This document shows positions 31,511-41,404 of a stretch of 64,000 nucleotides of DNA, in pieces (positions within the stretch are counted from its first letter, which is position 1; every line of letters begins with the position of its first letter). The translations under genes and the position numbers were made by a program. Source of the DNA: Kiritimatiellia bacterium (GTDB lineage: Bacteria; Verrucomicrobiota; Kiritimatiellia; CAIQIC01; Lenti-01); NCBI GenBank assembly GCA_050176815.1, contig JBFXHR010000009.1:11673-75672 (forward strand). The letters run 5' to 3'. The notes beneath the pieces were generated by a model. That model was not told where the DNA came from. It saw only the letters and a program-made list of their open reading frames with translations, and ran no database searches.

Positions 31511-32656
31511 ATGGATCAGGACATCATCGTCATCGGCGGCGGATTTGCAGGTCTTCAGGCCTGCAAGGCGTTGCGCGGCAGTAAATCGCGGATTCTCCTG
31601 ATCGATCCTAGCCCCGTGGCGACCATGCTCCCCGCCTTGCCCGACATGGCGGGCGGCTGGGTTCCGGAGCGAATCGTCCAGCGTCCCATCGGCGAGATGC
31701 TTCCGCCCAACGCCACCCATCTGCAGGCGGCGGTTTCCGGCATCGATTTGGACGCCGGAACGATTCGGGCCGGCGAGCAAACGATCTCCTTCGAACATCT
31801 GCTGGTCGCGGCCGGATCGGTCCCGAATTTCTACGACTCGCCGTTCCCCCGCGACCGAATGCACCCGCTGGGGAACTTGGACGACGCCCGGCGCATCCGC
31901 ACCGATTTCGAAGACTATCTGCGCGAAACGGAACGCCCCCATTTGCTCCTCGCCGGCACCGGGTATACCGGCTTGGAACTGGCCATGAGCCTGTATTTCC
32001 GCGCCCGGGCCGCCGGCAAATCCTGCGGCGTCACCGTCGTGGATCCCGCGCCGGTCCTGCTGCCTTCCCTGCCGGACAAGCAGCGCCAATTCGTTTTGGA
32101 TTTCCTGGCCGCCCACGGCGCGGACGTGCGCCTCGGCGCGGCCGTCGAATCGTTCGATGGCCGCGACGCCGTGGCCGGCGGCCGCACCTACGAAAACGTC
32201 TTTTTCTGCTGGGCGGCGGGTTCGAAATCCGCGGTGCCGGAAATCAAGGGAAACGTCGAGCGCCTGCGCGACGGCCGCTTGAAAGTCGCGCCGGATCTGT
32301 CCCTGCCCAATTATCCGCACGTCTTCGCGGCGGGCGATGCCGCCGCGATCGAACGCGACGGACAGCCGCTGCGCAAGGCGGTGAATTTCGCCTACTACGG
32401 CGGGCGGCGCGCGGGCCAAAACGTCGCCCGGCGGTTGCGCGGCAAACCGACGCGCCCGTTTCGGGCCGTGGATCTGGGGTGGGTCGTCCCCTTCCGCGAA
32501 ACGAGCATCGGGCGCCTGCCGTTCGGCCTTTGGATCCGGGGGCGCTTCGGCGTGCGCCTGCACCATCTGATGTGCGGCATCCGCAACTATTCCTTCGCCA
32601 ACTTTGCCGGTTGCCTGAAACTGGCGATCAACCCCAACCCAGGAGAAAACGCATGA
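31511..32656 (+). CDS. NAD(P)/FAD-dependent oxidoreductase (NDH-2-like)
   Basis: IGGGFAG, GTGYTGLELA, WAAG, VFAAGDAA. Confidence 0.88.
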   Translation: MDQDIIVIGGGFAGLQACKALRGSKSRILLIDPSPVATMLPALPDMAGGWVPERIVQRPIGEMLPPNATHLQAAVSGIDLDAGTIRAGEQTISFEHLLVAAGSVPNFYDSPFPRDRMHPLGNLDDARRIRTDFEDYLRETERPHLLLAGTGYTGLELAMSLYFRARAAGKSCGVTVVDPAPVLLPSLPDKQRQFVLDFLAAHGADVRLGAAVESFDGRDAVAGGRTYENVFFCWAAGSKSAVPEIKGNVERLRDGRLKVAPDLSLPNYPHVFAAGDAAAIERDGQPLRKAVNFAYYGGRRAGQNVARRLRGKPTRPFRAVDLGWVVPFRETSIGRLPFGLWIRGRFGVRLHHLMCGIRNYSFANFAGCLKLAINPNPGENA

Positions 32657-33072
32657 ACCTCAAGAAACTCGCATTCGGAGACGTCTCGGATTCCAACGCC
32701 GGCCTGCCGATTCTCCGCGTCTTCATCGGCGCGGCGCTGCTGACCCACGGCTGGGGCAAGATGTTCGGCGGCCTCGGCGGCTTCATCGACGGCGTGGCCC
32801 AGATGGGTTTCCCCGCCCCGACGCTGATGGGATTCCTGGCCGCGTTCGCGGAAAGCATTGGCGCCATCCTGCTGGCGGCCGGCCTGTTGACCCGCCCCGC
32901 CGCGTTCCTGATCGCCGCCACGATGGCCGGCGCGGCCCTGAAGGTCCATGCCGGACAAGGCTTCGCCGCCCAGGAAATGGCCTGGCTGTACTTCGTCCCC
33001 GCCCTGTTCTTTCTGCTCAAGGGCGCGGGCAAGTGGTCGCTGGACGCGCTGGCCGCGGACCAACTCGGCTGA
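32653..33072 (+). CDS. DoxX family membrane protein
   Basis: LRVFIG...HGWGK...AESIG...GLLTRPAA...GAGKWSLD; AGGAG RBS. Confidence 0.9.
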   Translation: MNLKKLAFGDVSDSNAGLPILRVFIGAALLTHGWGKMFGGLGGFIDGVAQMGFPAPTLMGFLAAFAESIGAILLAAGLLTRPAAFLIAATMAGAALKVHAGQGFAAQEMAWLYFVPALFFLLKGAGKWSLDALAADQLG

Positions 33073-33084
33073 ACGCCGCGCCGT

Positions 33085-33492
33085 CTAGGGACGAAGGGGA
33101 TTCGGCGCTTCCGCTTTCTCTTCTTCCTTTGGCGGCGGCTTGGGCGTGAAGTGCGGGCAGGTGTCCGTCGCCTCCACTTCGCATTTGTGCAGGCTGCAGC
33201 GCTGCAGGAAGGGATTGACGACGTATTCCGCGCAGTAGCGGCACATCTTCCCTTTTTCGTCCTCGCGGAAGACCTTCACCGGGCGCGGCCGGTCGTTTTC
33301 CGAAAACACCTTTGGCCGGTTGTCCTTGAAGGGGATTTCGGCCTCGGACGCGAACGCGTGCCCGCACAGCGCGCAGGTCAGGGACTCGCCCGTCTTGACG
33401 AAACCCTCGTAGACCGGCACACGCCGCAGCCACGAATCCCGCCCGCAGGCGGGGCAGCGCAGCTCGACCCGGGCCGGTTCCTTCCCCTTCAT
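33085..33492 (-). CDS. Cys-rich metal-binding hypothetical protein
   Basis: CPACG, CALCG, CRYC...CSLH...C motifs; starts 2 nt after the epimerase stop. Confidence 0.7.
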   Translation of the reverse strand: MKGKEPARVELRCPACGRDSWLRRVPVYEGFVKTGESLTCALCGHAFASEAEIPFKDNRPKVFSENDRPRPVKVFREDEKGKMCRYCAEYVVNPFLQRCSLHKCEVEATDTCPHFTPKPPPKEEEKAEAPNPLRP

Positions 33493-33494
33493 GG

Positions 33495-34550
33495 TCAGAA
33501 GAATATTTTGGCCAGGCGCAGGATGCCCTGCTTCCACGGCACGCGGTGCGACACGCCGCTGGCGTTCTTGAACTGGTCCAAGTGATCCACGTACCAATGG
33601 TAGTTGCGCACCAGCGCCTGTCGGTTCGAGTACTTCGGCCGGTAGCCGAGAATCTGCTCCGCCTTCTCGATGCTGACGAAGGAGTCTTCCGCCGCGGTTT
33701 CGTAGACCCACTTGTAGAGCGGCGAGAGCTTGAGCATTTCCAGGAAGCGCAGCGTCCAGATCATCGGCGCCGCCGGGAAGCCGCGGATCTTCTTGCCGTG
33801 GCCGGCTTCGTCCAGCACCGCCTGGTAGTCCTCGCGCATCGTGCGGAACTCCTTGGCGCCGATATTGAAGACGTCGTTGACCTTGGCCTTGTCGAGGGTC
33901 AGCGCCAGCCAGATCGCGTCGCACAGGTCGTCCACGTCCAGCAACTGGTAGCGGTTCTTGCCGTTGCCGATCATCGGGAATCCATGGCCCGTGTAGGCCC
34001 AGTCGTAGAACAGCGCGAACACGCCCAGGCGCTCCGGACCGATGAACGACTTGGGCCGGATGATCGGCACGCACAGGCCCTGTTCGCGGAACTTCAGGCA
34101 CTCGCCCTCGGCTTCGATCTTGGCGCGGCCGTACGGGCCCACGCCGATCAGCCGATCGTTTTCCAGCAGCGGATGGTGGTCCGGAATGCCGTAGACCGCC
34201 GTGCTGGAGATCATCGTGAACCGCTCGACGCCGGCCTTGCGCGCGGCCGCCAGCACGATGCGCGTGCCGACCACGTCGGTCGTGTAGATGTCGTGCTCGG
34301 AATACAGCGGCAGCGCCGCCGCGCAGTGGATGACGTAGTTCACCCCCTCCATGCACTTCGCCACCATCGCTTCGTCGCGAATGTCGCCCAAGACGGCGTC
34401 CACGCGGTCTTTTTCGGGATAGTCGAATTCCACCAGGTCCAGCGACCGGACGTCCGTCATTCCCTTGGCGAACAGATAGCGGATCAAATTGATCCCCAAA
34501 AATCCGCTGCCGCCCGTCACCAGCACCTTTCCCGAAATTTCCGCGCTCAT
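33495..34550 (-). CDS. NAD-dependent epimerase/dehydratase (extended SDR)
   Basis: [20 protein letters not shown]; AGGAG RBS. Confidence 0.92.
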   Translation of the reverse strand: MSAEISGKVLVTGGSGFLGINLIRYLFAKGMTDVRSLDLVEFDYPEKDRVDAVLGDIRDEAMVAKCMEGVNYVIHCAAALPLYSEHDIYTTDVVGTRIVLAAARKAGVERFTMISSTAVYGIPDHHPLLENDRLIGVGPYGRAKIEAEGECLKFREQGLCVPIIRPKSFIGPERLGVFALFYDWAYTGHGFPMIGNGKNRYQLLDVDDLCDAIWLALTLDKAKVNDVFNIGAKEFRTMREDYQAVLDEAGHGKKIRGFPAAPMIWTLRFLEMLKLSPLYKWVYETAAEDSFVSIEKAEQILGYRPKYSNRQALVRNYHWYVDHLDQFKNASGVSHRVPWKQGILRLAKIFF

Positions 34551-34606
34551 CGTGGTCTCCTGAAATTTGTTTTGCTTCTTGTAGCCCTTTGGGGGGAAGC
34601 CGTCAA

Positions 34607-36322
34607 TCAGTCGCCCCGCACCCGGAAATAGCCGCCGGCAGGCTTCAGCGCCGGAAGGTCCACGGTTCGGGTGCTCCACGGCCGGGTTTCGCGCGCCCAG
34701 TTCGTCGCCGCCGTCCACCCGGTCGTCAGATCGTCCGTCCATTCGACGGCATAAGCCGTGCCTTCAAAGACCGGGAACGCGATTTCGCCGGCCGAGACGG
34801 CCGCAACCAATTCCGGCGCCAGCAGCGGGTTCGGTTCCTCGCGCACGTCGAGCAGGAACCGATACGCGTACGGCAGCCGCCGGGACCAAGCGGCTTCGTC
34901 GTGGTTGTCCCCAGAACCGATCATGAACCGCAGATCGACGTTGGGCGCATAGCCGAAGCTTGTCAGATACCAGTACAGGTCGTAGTTGTCGTCGTAGAGG
35001 CTGATGCCGCCGATGTCCAGTTCGAAGCCGACATTCCCGACGTCCATCCAGAACCGCGCGTCGTGCGGCGCGGCCGATTCCAGCCAGGTCCGGAAATTGG
35101 GGCAGAAATCGGCGCTGTACACCCCCGACATCGCCCCGACCAGCCCGAACACGTTCGTCCACGTGCCCAGGTACGTTGCCAGCAGCCCGCCCGAGGACGA
35201 GCCGATGCAGGCCATGTTTGCGCGGTCGTTTTTGGTTCGGAAGCTGTTGTCCACCATCGGGCGCACGTTGTGGATCAGATAATCGGCGTAGAAGTTGGCC
35301 CGGCCGACCGTGCCCGGAAGCTCGCCGGGATCCGTATCCATGTGCGGGAGATATTCGGTTTGCCGATTCTCGGCGCAGGGCACGGCGACGATGATCGCTT
35401 CCCGCATCCGGCCGCCTTGGATTTCCGCGTCTGCATTTGTTTCCGCATGCCAGCAGCCATATCCCGTCCAGGGAACGAACACGTTTTGGCCATCGCTCAT
35501 GTAGACCACGGGATAGCGGCGATCGACGTTCTCGTCGTACCCGCGCGGCAGATAAACCCGCACCCACCGACTCGTCACGTGGTCGACCGTGGATTTGACG
35601 TAGTTGGTGACGATCCGGCTGTCCGACACCCCGTTCGACGGCGGCACGTAGTTGAACACCTGCCGGTCGCAGACAACCAGCGCGTCGAGCGGCGTCCAAA
35701 AATCTTGCCCGTCCAAGGCCTTTTCCCACGAGTCCGTCCCGTTGCGCCACCCATTCAGCGCGAACCGCAGCCATTCGCCTTCGGTCCCGACGCCTTCCGC
35801 CACGTGCCGCCACTCGCCCGCGCGCAGCCCCGGTCCCGTTTGCGTCATCCCGACGGAATGCCACGCGCCCGTTGCGCCGAAGTCGGCCGCCGCCAGCGTG
35901 GAAAAGACCAAGCTCACGTTGGTCATGTCGGAATAGAACTCGATGCGCTTGCCGGAATAGGGCGCGGCCGCGTCCGCCGGCACGTTTGTTTGGAAATTGG
36001 CGCCGTCCGGCCAGTCCGCGTTCGCGGGATCGCAAATCAGCGCGGGATCGGTCGCGCGCCGGATGAACTTGTATTCCAGCGCCGTCCCGGCCTGGATGCC
36101 GACGTCCCCCCACCAGACGTCGCCTGCGGACCAGACCAGCTTGACGGCATTCGTCACCGTCCATGCGCCAATATCCGGATGGCTGCCCACCACGAACATT
36201 TCGTATCCGATTCCGGTGTTGGTGGTAATGGAAAAATGCACCGGCACCCGCAACGGACTGCCGGCCCATGCGGTGCCCGCGCCGAGCGCGGCCCAGCAGC
36301 AAAGGCGAAGGATGGTTTTCAT
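34607..36322 (-). CDS. Secreted CBM20 + alpha/beta-hydrolase (esterase) protein
   Basis: Signal peptide; CBM20-like FVVGS...IGAW...LEYKF; [30 protein letters not shown]. Confidence 0.85.
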   Translation of the reverse strand: MKTILRLCCWAALGAGTAWAGSPLRVPVHFSITTNTGIGYEMFVVGSHPDIGAWTVTNAVKLVWSAGDVWWGDVGIQAGTALEYKFIRRATDPALICDPANADWPDGANFQTNVPADAAAPYSGKRIEFYSDMTNVSLVFSTLAAADFGATGAWHSVGMTQTGPGLRAGEWRHVAEGVGTEGEWLRFALNGWRNGTDSWEKALDGQDFWTPLDALVVCDRQVFNYVPPSNGVSDSRIVTNYVKSTVDHVTSRWVRVYLPRGYDENVDRRYPVVYMSDGQNVFVPWTGYGCWHAETNADAEIQGGRMREAIIVAVPCAENRQTEYLPHMDTDPGELPGTVGRANFYADYLIHNVRPMVDNSFRTKNDRANMACIGSSSGGLLATYLGTWTNVFGLVGAMSGVYSADFCPNFRTWLESAAPHDARFWMDVGNVGFELDIGGISLYDDNYDLYWYLTSFGYAPNVDLRFMIGSGDNHDEAAWSRRLPYAYRFLLDVREEPNPLLAPELVAAVSAGEIAFPVFEGTAYAVEWTDDLTTGWTAATNWARETRPWSTRTVDLPALKPAGGYFRVRGD

Positions 36323-37296
36323 AATCGTTTCAAGGCGGCTTGGAACACGGTTTCGACGTCCAACTCCCGCAGGCACGCCAAATCCCCCCGCGCGCAGGTG
36401 CGCGCATGGCACGGGCGGCATTCCAAACCGGCTTTCGCCACCACGTGGTTCCGCTGCCGATAGGGCCCCGTCCGGGCCGGATCGGTCGCGCCGAAAATGG
36501 CGACCAGCGGCACGCCCATCGCGTCCGCCCAGTGCATCGGCCCGGAATCCACGGTCACCAGCAGGTCCATCCCTTTCAGCAGCGAGCACAGGCCCGGCAG
36601 ATCGGTTTTCCCGCACAGATTCCGCGCCCCCTCGCCGATCTGGCGCGCCAGCGCTTCGCCCTGGGCCTCGTCGCCGCGTCCGCCCACGATGCGGATCTGG
36701 CAGCCCATTTCCGCGGCCATCCGTTTTCCCAACTCCGCGAAATTCCCGACGGGCCAGTTCTTGGTATCCCAGCGCGAAAACGGCGCAAAGGCCACGTGCG
36801 GGCCCGGACGGCCATCGCTTTCCGCTTCCGGAAAATCCAATCGGGGCTCCGGCGCGGCGCCTTCGCCGGGAACCACCAAGTTCGCCACGTCCATGAGTTC
36901 TTCGACGGCGTGCCGGCGAGGTCCATCGCCTTTCGGCGGCTGCCGGTCGTAGAAGCGAGGGGCCCCTTCCCGCGCCCAAGCGGGTCCAACGCGCGTGTTT
37001 CCCCGCGCCAACCGCGCGGCCAGCGCGCTTTTCATCAACCCCTGCAAATCCGCGACCGCGTCGTATTTCTCGCGGCGCAGCTCCCGCAGGAACGGGAAAA
37101 AGCCGCGCGCGAAATTCCGGCGCGGAAATTCGATCGTGCGGTCGACGTCCGGGCAGCACGCCAGCAGCGACGCGTATTCCGGCTGGACCACCCAGTCGAT
37201 GATCGCACCCGTGCGCTCTTTCAGGGCGCGCACGGCGGGCAAGGCGTGGGCAATATCGCCCAGGGAACTCAGCTTGATGACCAGGATCCGTTTCAT
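36319..37296 (-). CDS. GT9 LPS heptosyltransferase-like
   Basis: ILVIKLSSLGDIAH, DLQGLMKS, KNWP, DSGPMH, FGATDP. Confidence 0.9.
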   Translation of the reverse strand: MKRILVIKLSSLGDIAHALPAVRALKERTGAIIDWVVQPEYASLLACCPDVDRTIEFPRRNFARGFFPFLRELRREKYDAVADLQGLMKSALAARLARGNTRVGPAWAREGAPRFYDRQPPKGDGPRRHAVEELMDVANLVVPGEGAAPEPRLDFPEAESDGRPGPHVAFAPFSRWDTKNWPVGNFAELGKRMAAEMGCQIRIVGGRGDEAQGEALARQIGEGARNLCGKTDLPGLCSLLKGMDLLVTVDSGPMHWADAMGVPLVAIFGATDPARTGPYRQRNHVVAKAGLECRPCHARTCARGDLACLRELDVETVFQAALKRL

Positions 37297-38087
37297 CCGG
37301 AGGGTTTCGACAGGATTTCCTCGACGCGCTTGATCTTCAGCGCCTTGCCCGTGGCCGGATCGACCGTCAGCAGCGCGCCGTGCAGTCGCACGTCGCCGCT
37401 GGCGATTTCGAATTTGGTGGGCATGCCGGTGAGGAAACGCCCCAAAATGGCGTCCGTCGTGCGGCCAATCACCGAATCGCAGGGGCCGGTCATGCCCAGA
37501 TCGGTCATGTAGGCGGTACCTTTGGCCGAAACGGCCTCGTCCGCCGTCTGGATGTGCGTGTGCGTGCCGAGGACGGCCGTCACGCGCCCGTCGAGGAATT
37601 TGCCCATCGCCACCTTTTCGCTGGTGGCCTCCGCATGCATGTCCACGAGGATCAGCTTGTAGCGGGACGCGTTTTTCTTGAGCCACTCGTCGATCGTCCG
37701 GAACGGGCAGTCGGCCGTGACGTTCATGAACGTGCGGCCCATGAGCTGCACGATCGCCAGCGGGCCTTCTTTCGTCGGGACCGCGATGGCCCCCTTGCCC
37801 GGCACGCCGGGAGGCAGATTCAACGCCCGCACGATGCGGTCTTCCTTGTCGAAATAAGCCAACGATTCCTTCTGGTCCCACACGTGGTCGCCCATGGTCA
37901 GCGCATCCGCGCCGCCGGCGAACAGCTCCTCCGCCAGGGTCGACGTGATGCCGCGCCCCGCCGCGCTGTTTTCCGCGTTGGCGACCACGACGTCCGCCCG
38001 GCCTTCCGCCTTGTAGCGCGTGGCGATGCGCGCCATGGCCATTCGCCCCGGACCGCCCACGATGTCTCCGACGACCAATATCTTCAT
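37293..38087 (-). CDS. ymdB: YmdB-family metallophosphoesterase
   Basis: GDIVG, NAEN, DMHAEATSEK, GTHTH, TDLGMTG; follows rny. Confidence 0.92.
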   Translation of the reverse strand: MKILVVGDIVGGPGRMAMARIATRYKAEGRADVVVANAENSAAGRGITSTLAEELFAGGADALTMGDHVWDQKESLAYFDKEDRIVRALNLPPGVPGKGAIAVPTKEGPLAIVQLMGRTFMNVTADCPFRTIDEWLKKNASRYKLILVDMHAEATSEKVAMGKFLDGRVTAVLGTHTHIQTADEAVSAKGTAYMTDLGMTGPCDSVIGRTTDAILGRFLTGMPTKFEIASGDVRLHGALLTVDPATGKALKIKRVEEILSKPSG

Positions 38088-38108
38088 GCGCCCCTCGTTT
38101 CTCGCCCG

Positions 38109-39668
38109 TCAGCGGGCATACTCCACGCAACGGGTCTCGCGGATCACCGTCACCTTGATCTGGCCCGGATAATCCAGCGCCTGCTCGACGTTCCGCGAGA
38201 TGCGGCGCGCGAGCTGGATCGCCGCGCCGTCGTCGATCGCCGTCGGTTCCACGAACACGCGCAATTCGCGGCCCGCCTGCATCGCCAGGCTGCGGATCAC
38301 GCCGGGTTCCGCCTTGGCGATGGCTTCGAGATTCTCCATCCGGCGCAGGAAATGCTCCGTCGTGTCCGACCGGGCGCCCGGCCTCGCTGCCGTAATGGCG
38401 TCGGCCGCCGCCGCCAGCGCGGCATAGGCTCCGCCGGCCGCCTCTCCGTGGTGCCCGCGCACGGCATTCACGACCGTCTCGCTCTCGCCCGCCTTTTGCA
38501 GCAAGTCCGCGCCGATGTCCGCATGGCGGCCCTCCACGTCGTGGTCCACGGCCTTGCCCACGTCGTGGAACAGCGCGGATCGTTTGGCGATTTCCGGGTC
38601 GAGTCCGATTTCCGGGGCCATCAGGCCCGCCAGCCGGGCCGCCTCCACCGAGTGGCGCAGCACGTTCTGGGAATAGCTCGTCCGGAACTTCAGCTTGCCG
38701 AGCAGGCGCAGCAGCTCCAGCGGGACCCGGGCCAGGCCCAACGATTCCACCGCCTCTTCCCCGGCCTTCAGGATCAGGTCGTCCATCTCCGCCGTCACCT
38801 TGTCCGCCATCTCTTCGATCAGCGCCGGATTGATCCGCCCATCCACCATCAGCCGTTCCAGCGTGACCTTGGCGATTTCGCGCCGGATGGGGTCGAACGA
38901 CGACAGCACCACGAGCTCCGGCGAATCGTCGATGATGAGGGTGACGCCCGTCGCCATTTCAAGGGCGCGGATGTTGCGTCCCTCGCGCCCGATGATGCGG
39001 CCCTTCATCGCTTCGTCCGGCAAGCGCACCGCCACCGTCGTTACCTCCGACGTCTGGTCGGCGGCCACCCGCTGGATGGCGTCCGCGACGATCCGGCGGG
39101 CCTGCGCCTCGGCCGTCGCCCGGGCATCCTCCTGCGCCTTGCGAATCAACGCCGTCGTCTCGGCCGACAACTCGCTTTCCAGGCGCGACAGCAGCGCCGC
39201 CCGGGCCTGTTCCGCCGACAAATTCGACAAGGATTCGAGGCGGCCCCGTTCTTCGGCGGCCAGCCGCTCGACGTTTTCCCGCTCTGCCTGCAGCGCGGCG
39301 CGATCGCTTTCCAGCTGCCGGGCGCGGAGATCCAGCGCCTGCGCCCGTTCTTCGAGCCGATGTTCTTCGCGTTCCAGCCGCTCGTCCTGCCGCGACAGCC
39401 GGTCCGCCGCCGCCGACAGCACCAGTTGGCGCTGCTGCAGTTCGGTTTCCGCCTTCTCGCGGTTGCGCATCAGTTCGTCGCGCACGGCCAACTGGGCTTC
39501 CTTGCGCAGGACTTCCGCGTCGCGCTGCGCATCCCGCAGGATATCCCCTGCCGCGCGGTTCGCCGCCGCGTCGCGGACGCGCACGAACAGCGCATGGCCG
39601 AAGAATCCGATCAGCGCGAAGCCCGCCGCCGTCAGCGTGGGCCATAGCCATTCCCAAAACAAACTCAT
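38109..39668 (-). CDS. rny: Ribonuclease Y
   Basis: N-terminal TM, coiled coil, KH (MKGRIIGREGRNIR), HD (FHDVGK), YPGQIKVTVIRE. Confidence 0.96.
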   Translation of the reverse strand: MSLFWEWLWPTLTAAGFALIGFFGHALFVRVRDAAANRAAGDILRDAQRDAEVLRKEAQLAVRDELMRNREKAETELQQRQLVLSAAADRLSRQDERLEREEHRLEERAQALDLRARQLESDRAALQAERENVERLAAEERGRLESLSNLSAEQARAALLSRLESELSAETTALIRKAQEDARATAEAQARRIVADAIQRVAADQTSEVTTVAVRLPDEAMKGRIIGREGRNIRALEMATGVTLIIDDSPELVVLSSFDPIRREIAKVTLERLMVDGRINPALIEEMADKVTAEMDDLILKAGEEAVESLGLARVPLELLRLLGKLKFRTSYSQNVLRHSVEAARLAGLMAPEIGLDPEIAKRSALFHDVGKAVDHDVEGRHADIGADLLQKAGESETVVNAVRGHHGEAAGGAYAALAAAADAITAARPGARSDTTEHFLRRMENLEAIAKAEPGVIRSLAMQAGRELRVFVEPTAIDDGAAIQLARRISRNVEQALDYPGQIKVTVIRETRCVEYAR

Positions 39669-40232
39669 CTATCCCATCAACCGTTCCAGTTTCGCCGCCG
39701 CCGTCGGGGCGAAGAGCATTCGTTTTTCCGTCGCCACCGCGTCCATGCGGACGTCGTGGGATTCCATGGGAACCGCCTCCACGAGGCGGTTCTCGAAGCA
39801 AAGTCCTACCAAAAAGGCCCCGCTTTGCGCCAGCAAGCGATCGTAATGCCCTTTTCCATGTCCCAACCGCCCCCCTTGGGCGTCGAACGCCACTCCCGGC
39901 ACCACGATTACGCGCAAATCGGACGGGGTTGCCGATTTCGCCTGCGCGGGTTCTGGAATCCCGTGCGCGCCCTTTTCCCAGCGCGTATCCGCATCCACCC
40001 AGCCCCATCCATATTCCCCCTCCCGGCGCACCGGCACGGCCACCTGCGCGCCCCGCGCCAGCAGGTCGGCCAGCAAGGCCTCCGTCGCAGGCTCGGTCCC
40101 CGTCGAACGGTAGAGGCCCACCTGAAACGCCCCCGCCCAAAAATCCTCGGCCATCAGCCGCTTCTGAATCGTCTCCGAAGCGTTGGGAGACGCATTTCGG
40201 CCCTGGACCTGTTCGCGCAGTTTCTGTTTCAC
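39669..40232 (-). CDS. ygfA: 5-formyltetrahydrofolate cyclo-ligase
   Basis: GIPEP, VPGVAFD..GGRLGHGKGHYDR, HDVRMD; GTG start overlaps the upstream stop. Confidence 0.9.
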   Translation of the reverse strand: MKQKLREQVQGRNASPNASETIQKRLMAEDFWAGAFQVGLYRSTGTEPATEALLADLLARGAQVAVPVRREGEYGWGWVDADTRWEKGAHGIPEPAQAKSATPSDLRVIVVPGVAFDAQGGRLGHGKGHYDRLLAQSGAFLVGLCFENRLVEAVPMESHDVRMDAVATEKRMLFAPTAAAKLERLMG

Positions 40233-40621
40233 GGCCAGAGCCTCCGCAAATCGTATTTTTCCGGCGGGCGGGCCGGACGGCCTTTTCCGTCGACCACGCA
40301 CCAATGCACGTCGGCTTCGGCGACGACGGTTTCCCCGCGCCGGATCGTCTGGCGGAAGGTCCCGCCGATCCGCCGGGTTTCCGTCGATTCCGTCTCGATC
40401 TCCAGCGCGTCGTCGGCGTAGGCCGGCGACCGGTACGAGATGTCCAGCCGCGCAATGACCGTGAAGAATCCCGCCGCGATCAAGCCCTTGTAGTCGAATC
40501 CCGCCGCGTGCAGGAACTGCATGCGCGCATGCTCGAGATAGTTCACGTAGACGGCATGGTTCACGTGCCCGTACGAGTCGCACTCGTAGGGCCGCACCGT
40601 CAAGCATGTGGCGTGTTTCAT
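40229..40621 (-). CDS. Acyl-CoA thioesterase (YbgC/4HBT hotdog)
   Basis: VRPYECDSYGHVNHAVYVNYLEHAR. Confidence 0.9.
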   Translation of the reverse strand: MKHATCLTVRPYECDSYGHVNHAVYVNYLEHARMQFLHAAGFDYKGLIAAGFFTVIARLDISYRSPAYADDALEIETESTETRRIGGTFRQTIRRGETVVAEADVHWCVVDGKGRPARPPEKYDLRRLWP

Positions 40622-40720
40622 GGCGGGAACCATACACCGCGAAGGGGGCTCCGCAAAGCGCGGAAATCCGCCGCCTCCCGCCTTGCCTTCGGACGTCCAA
40701 TGCCGTAGGTTTTCGGCGCC

Positions 40721-41404
40721 ATGTCCCCGTCTCCGAAAGAATTCGATTTCTGGTACGCGGTCAACAACACCGAAGTCCTGGAACTGCCCCGCAGCCGGCT
40801 GGAAACGTTCGGCTCCACGCTGATCAACTACCGTCTCGTGACGGAGTTGATGGATGCCGTCGGGCAAGTCCGCATCCGCGAAGGCCGCATCCAGGCCTTC
40901 CGCCCCGAAATCCTCACCCCGCAGTCGCTTCTGGAATCTCCGCTGGAAGACGGTTTCCGCACCGGCCCCTCCCAGGATTTCATCCGCTGGCTCCGCGAGC
41001 ACGAATCGGAACTGGTCCTCCTCAAGTACGGCTTCAAAATCCGCCAGGAAACCACCACCGAGTCCATCGTCCACGACTCCGTCGACAACGTGCTGGACCG
41101 CGTGCGCGCCGATCTGAAATCCAAGGAAGACCCGCTGGCCGCCCTGGTGCGCGGGGTCGACGAGCCGTGGGAAGTTTGCCTGCTCAAATTGCTGTTCGAA
41201 GTGGTCCGTCTTTCCGCCCCCGGAAATGCGCGCGACTTGCGCGCCGATCCGGACGGCTCGCGGCACGAGATCGACCGCGCTTTCCGGCGGGCATCGGGCG
41301 ACCGGGCCCACCTGGCCCCGCTGGCCGCCCTCCTGACCCGCCTCGGCAAGTTCAAGGACTACGAGGACCGTTTTTTCGCCCTCGTCCGCTTCCATTCGCG
41401 TTGA
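40721..41404 (+). CDS. Hypothetical protein
   Basis: 227-aa ORF with GC-typical codons; TTGCCT-N17-TAGGTT upstream. Confidence 0.75.
   Translation: MSPSPKEFDFWYAVNNTEVLELPRSRLETFGSTLINYRLVTELMDAVGQVRIREGRIQAFRPEILTPQSLLESPLEDGFRTGPSQDFIRWLREHESELVLLKYGFKIRQETTTESIVHDSVDNVLDRVRADLKSKEDPLAALVRGVDEPWEVCLLKLLFEVVRLSAPGNARDLRADPDGSRHEIDRAFRRASGDRAHLAPLAALLTRLGKFKDYEDRFFALVRFHSR

Noticed and set aside
39669-40720. 6S RNA next to ygfA/rny
   Set aside because: ygfA is translationally coupled to the thioesterase, leaving no intergenic space for ssrS.
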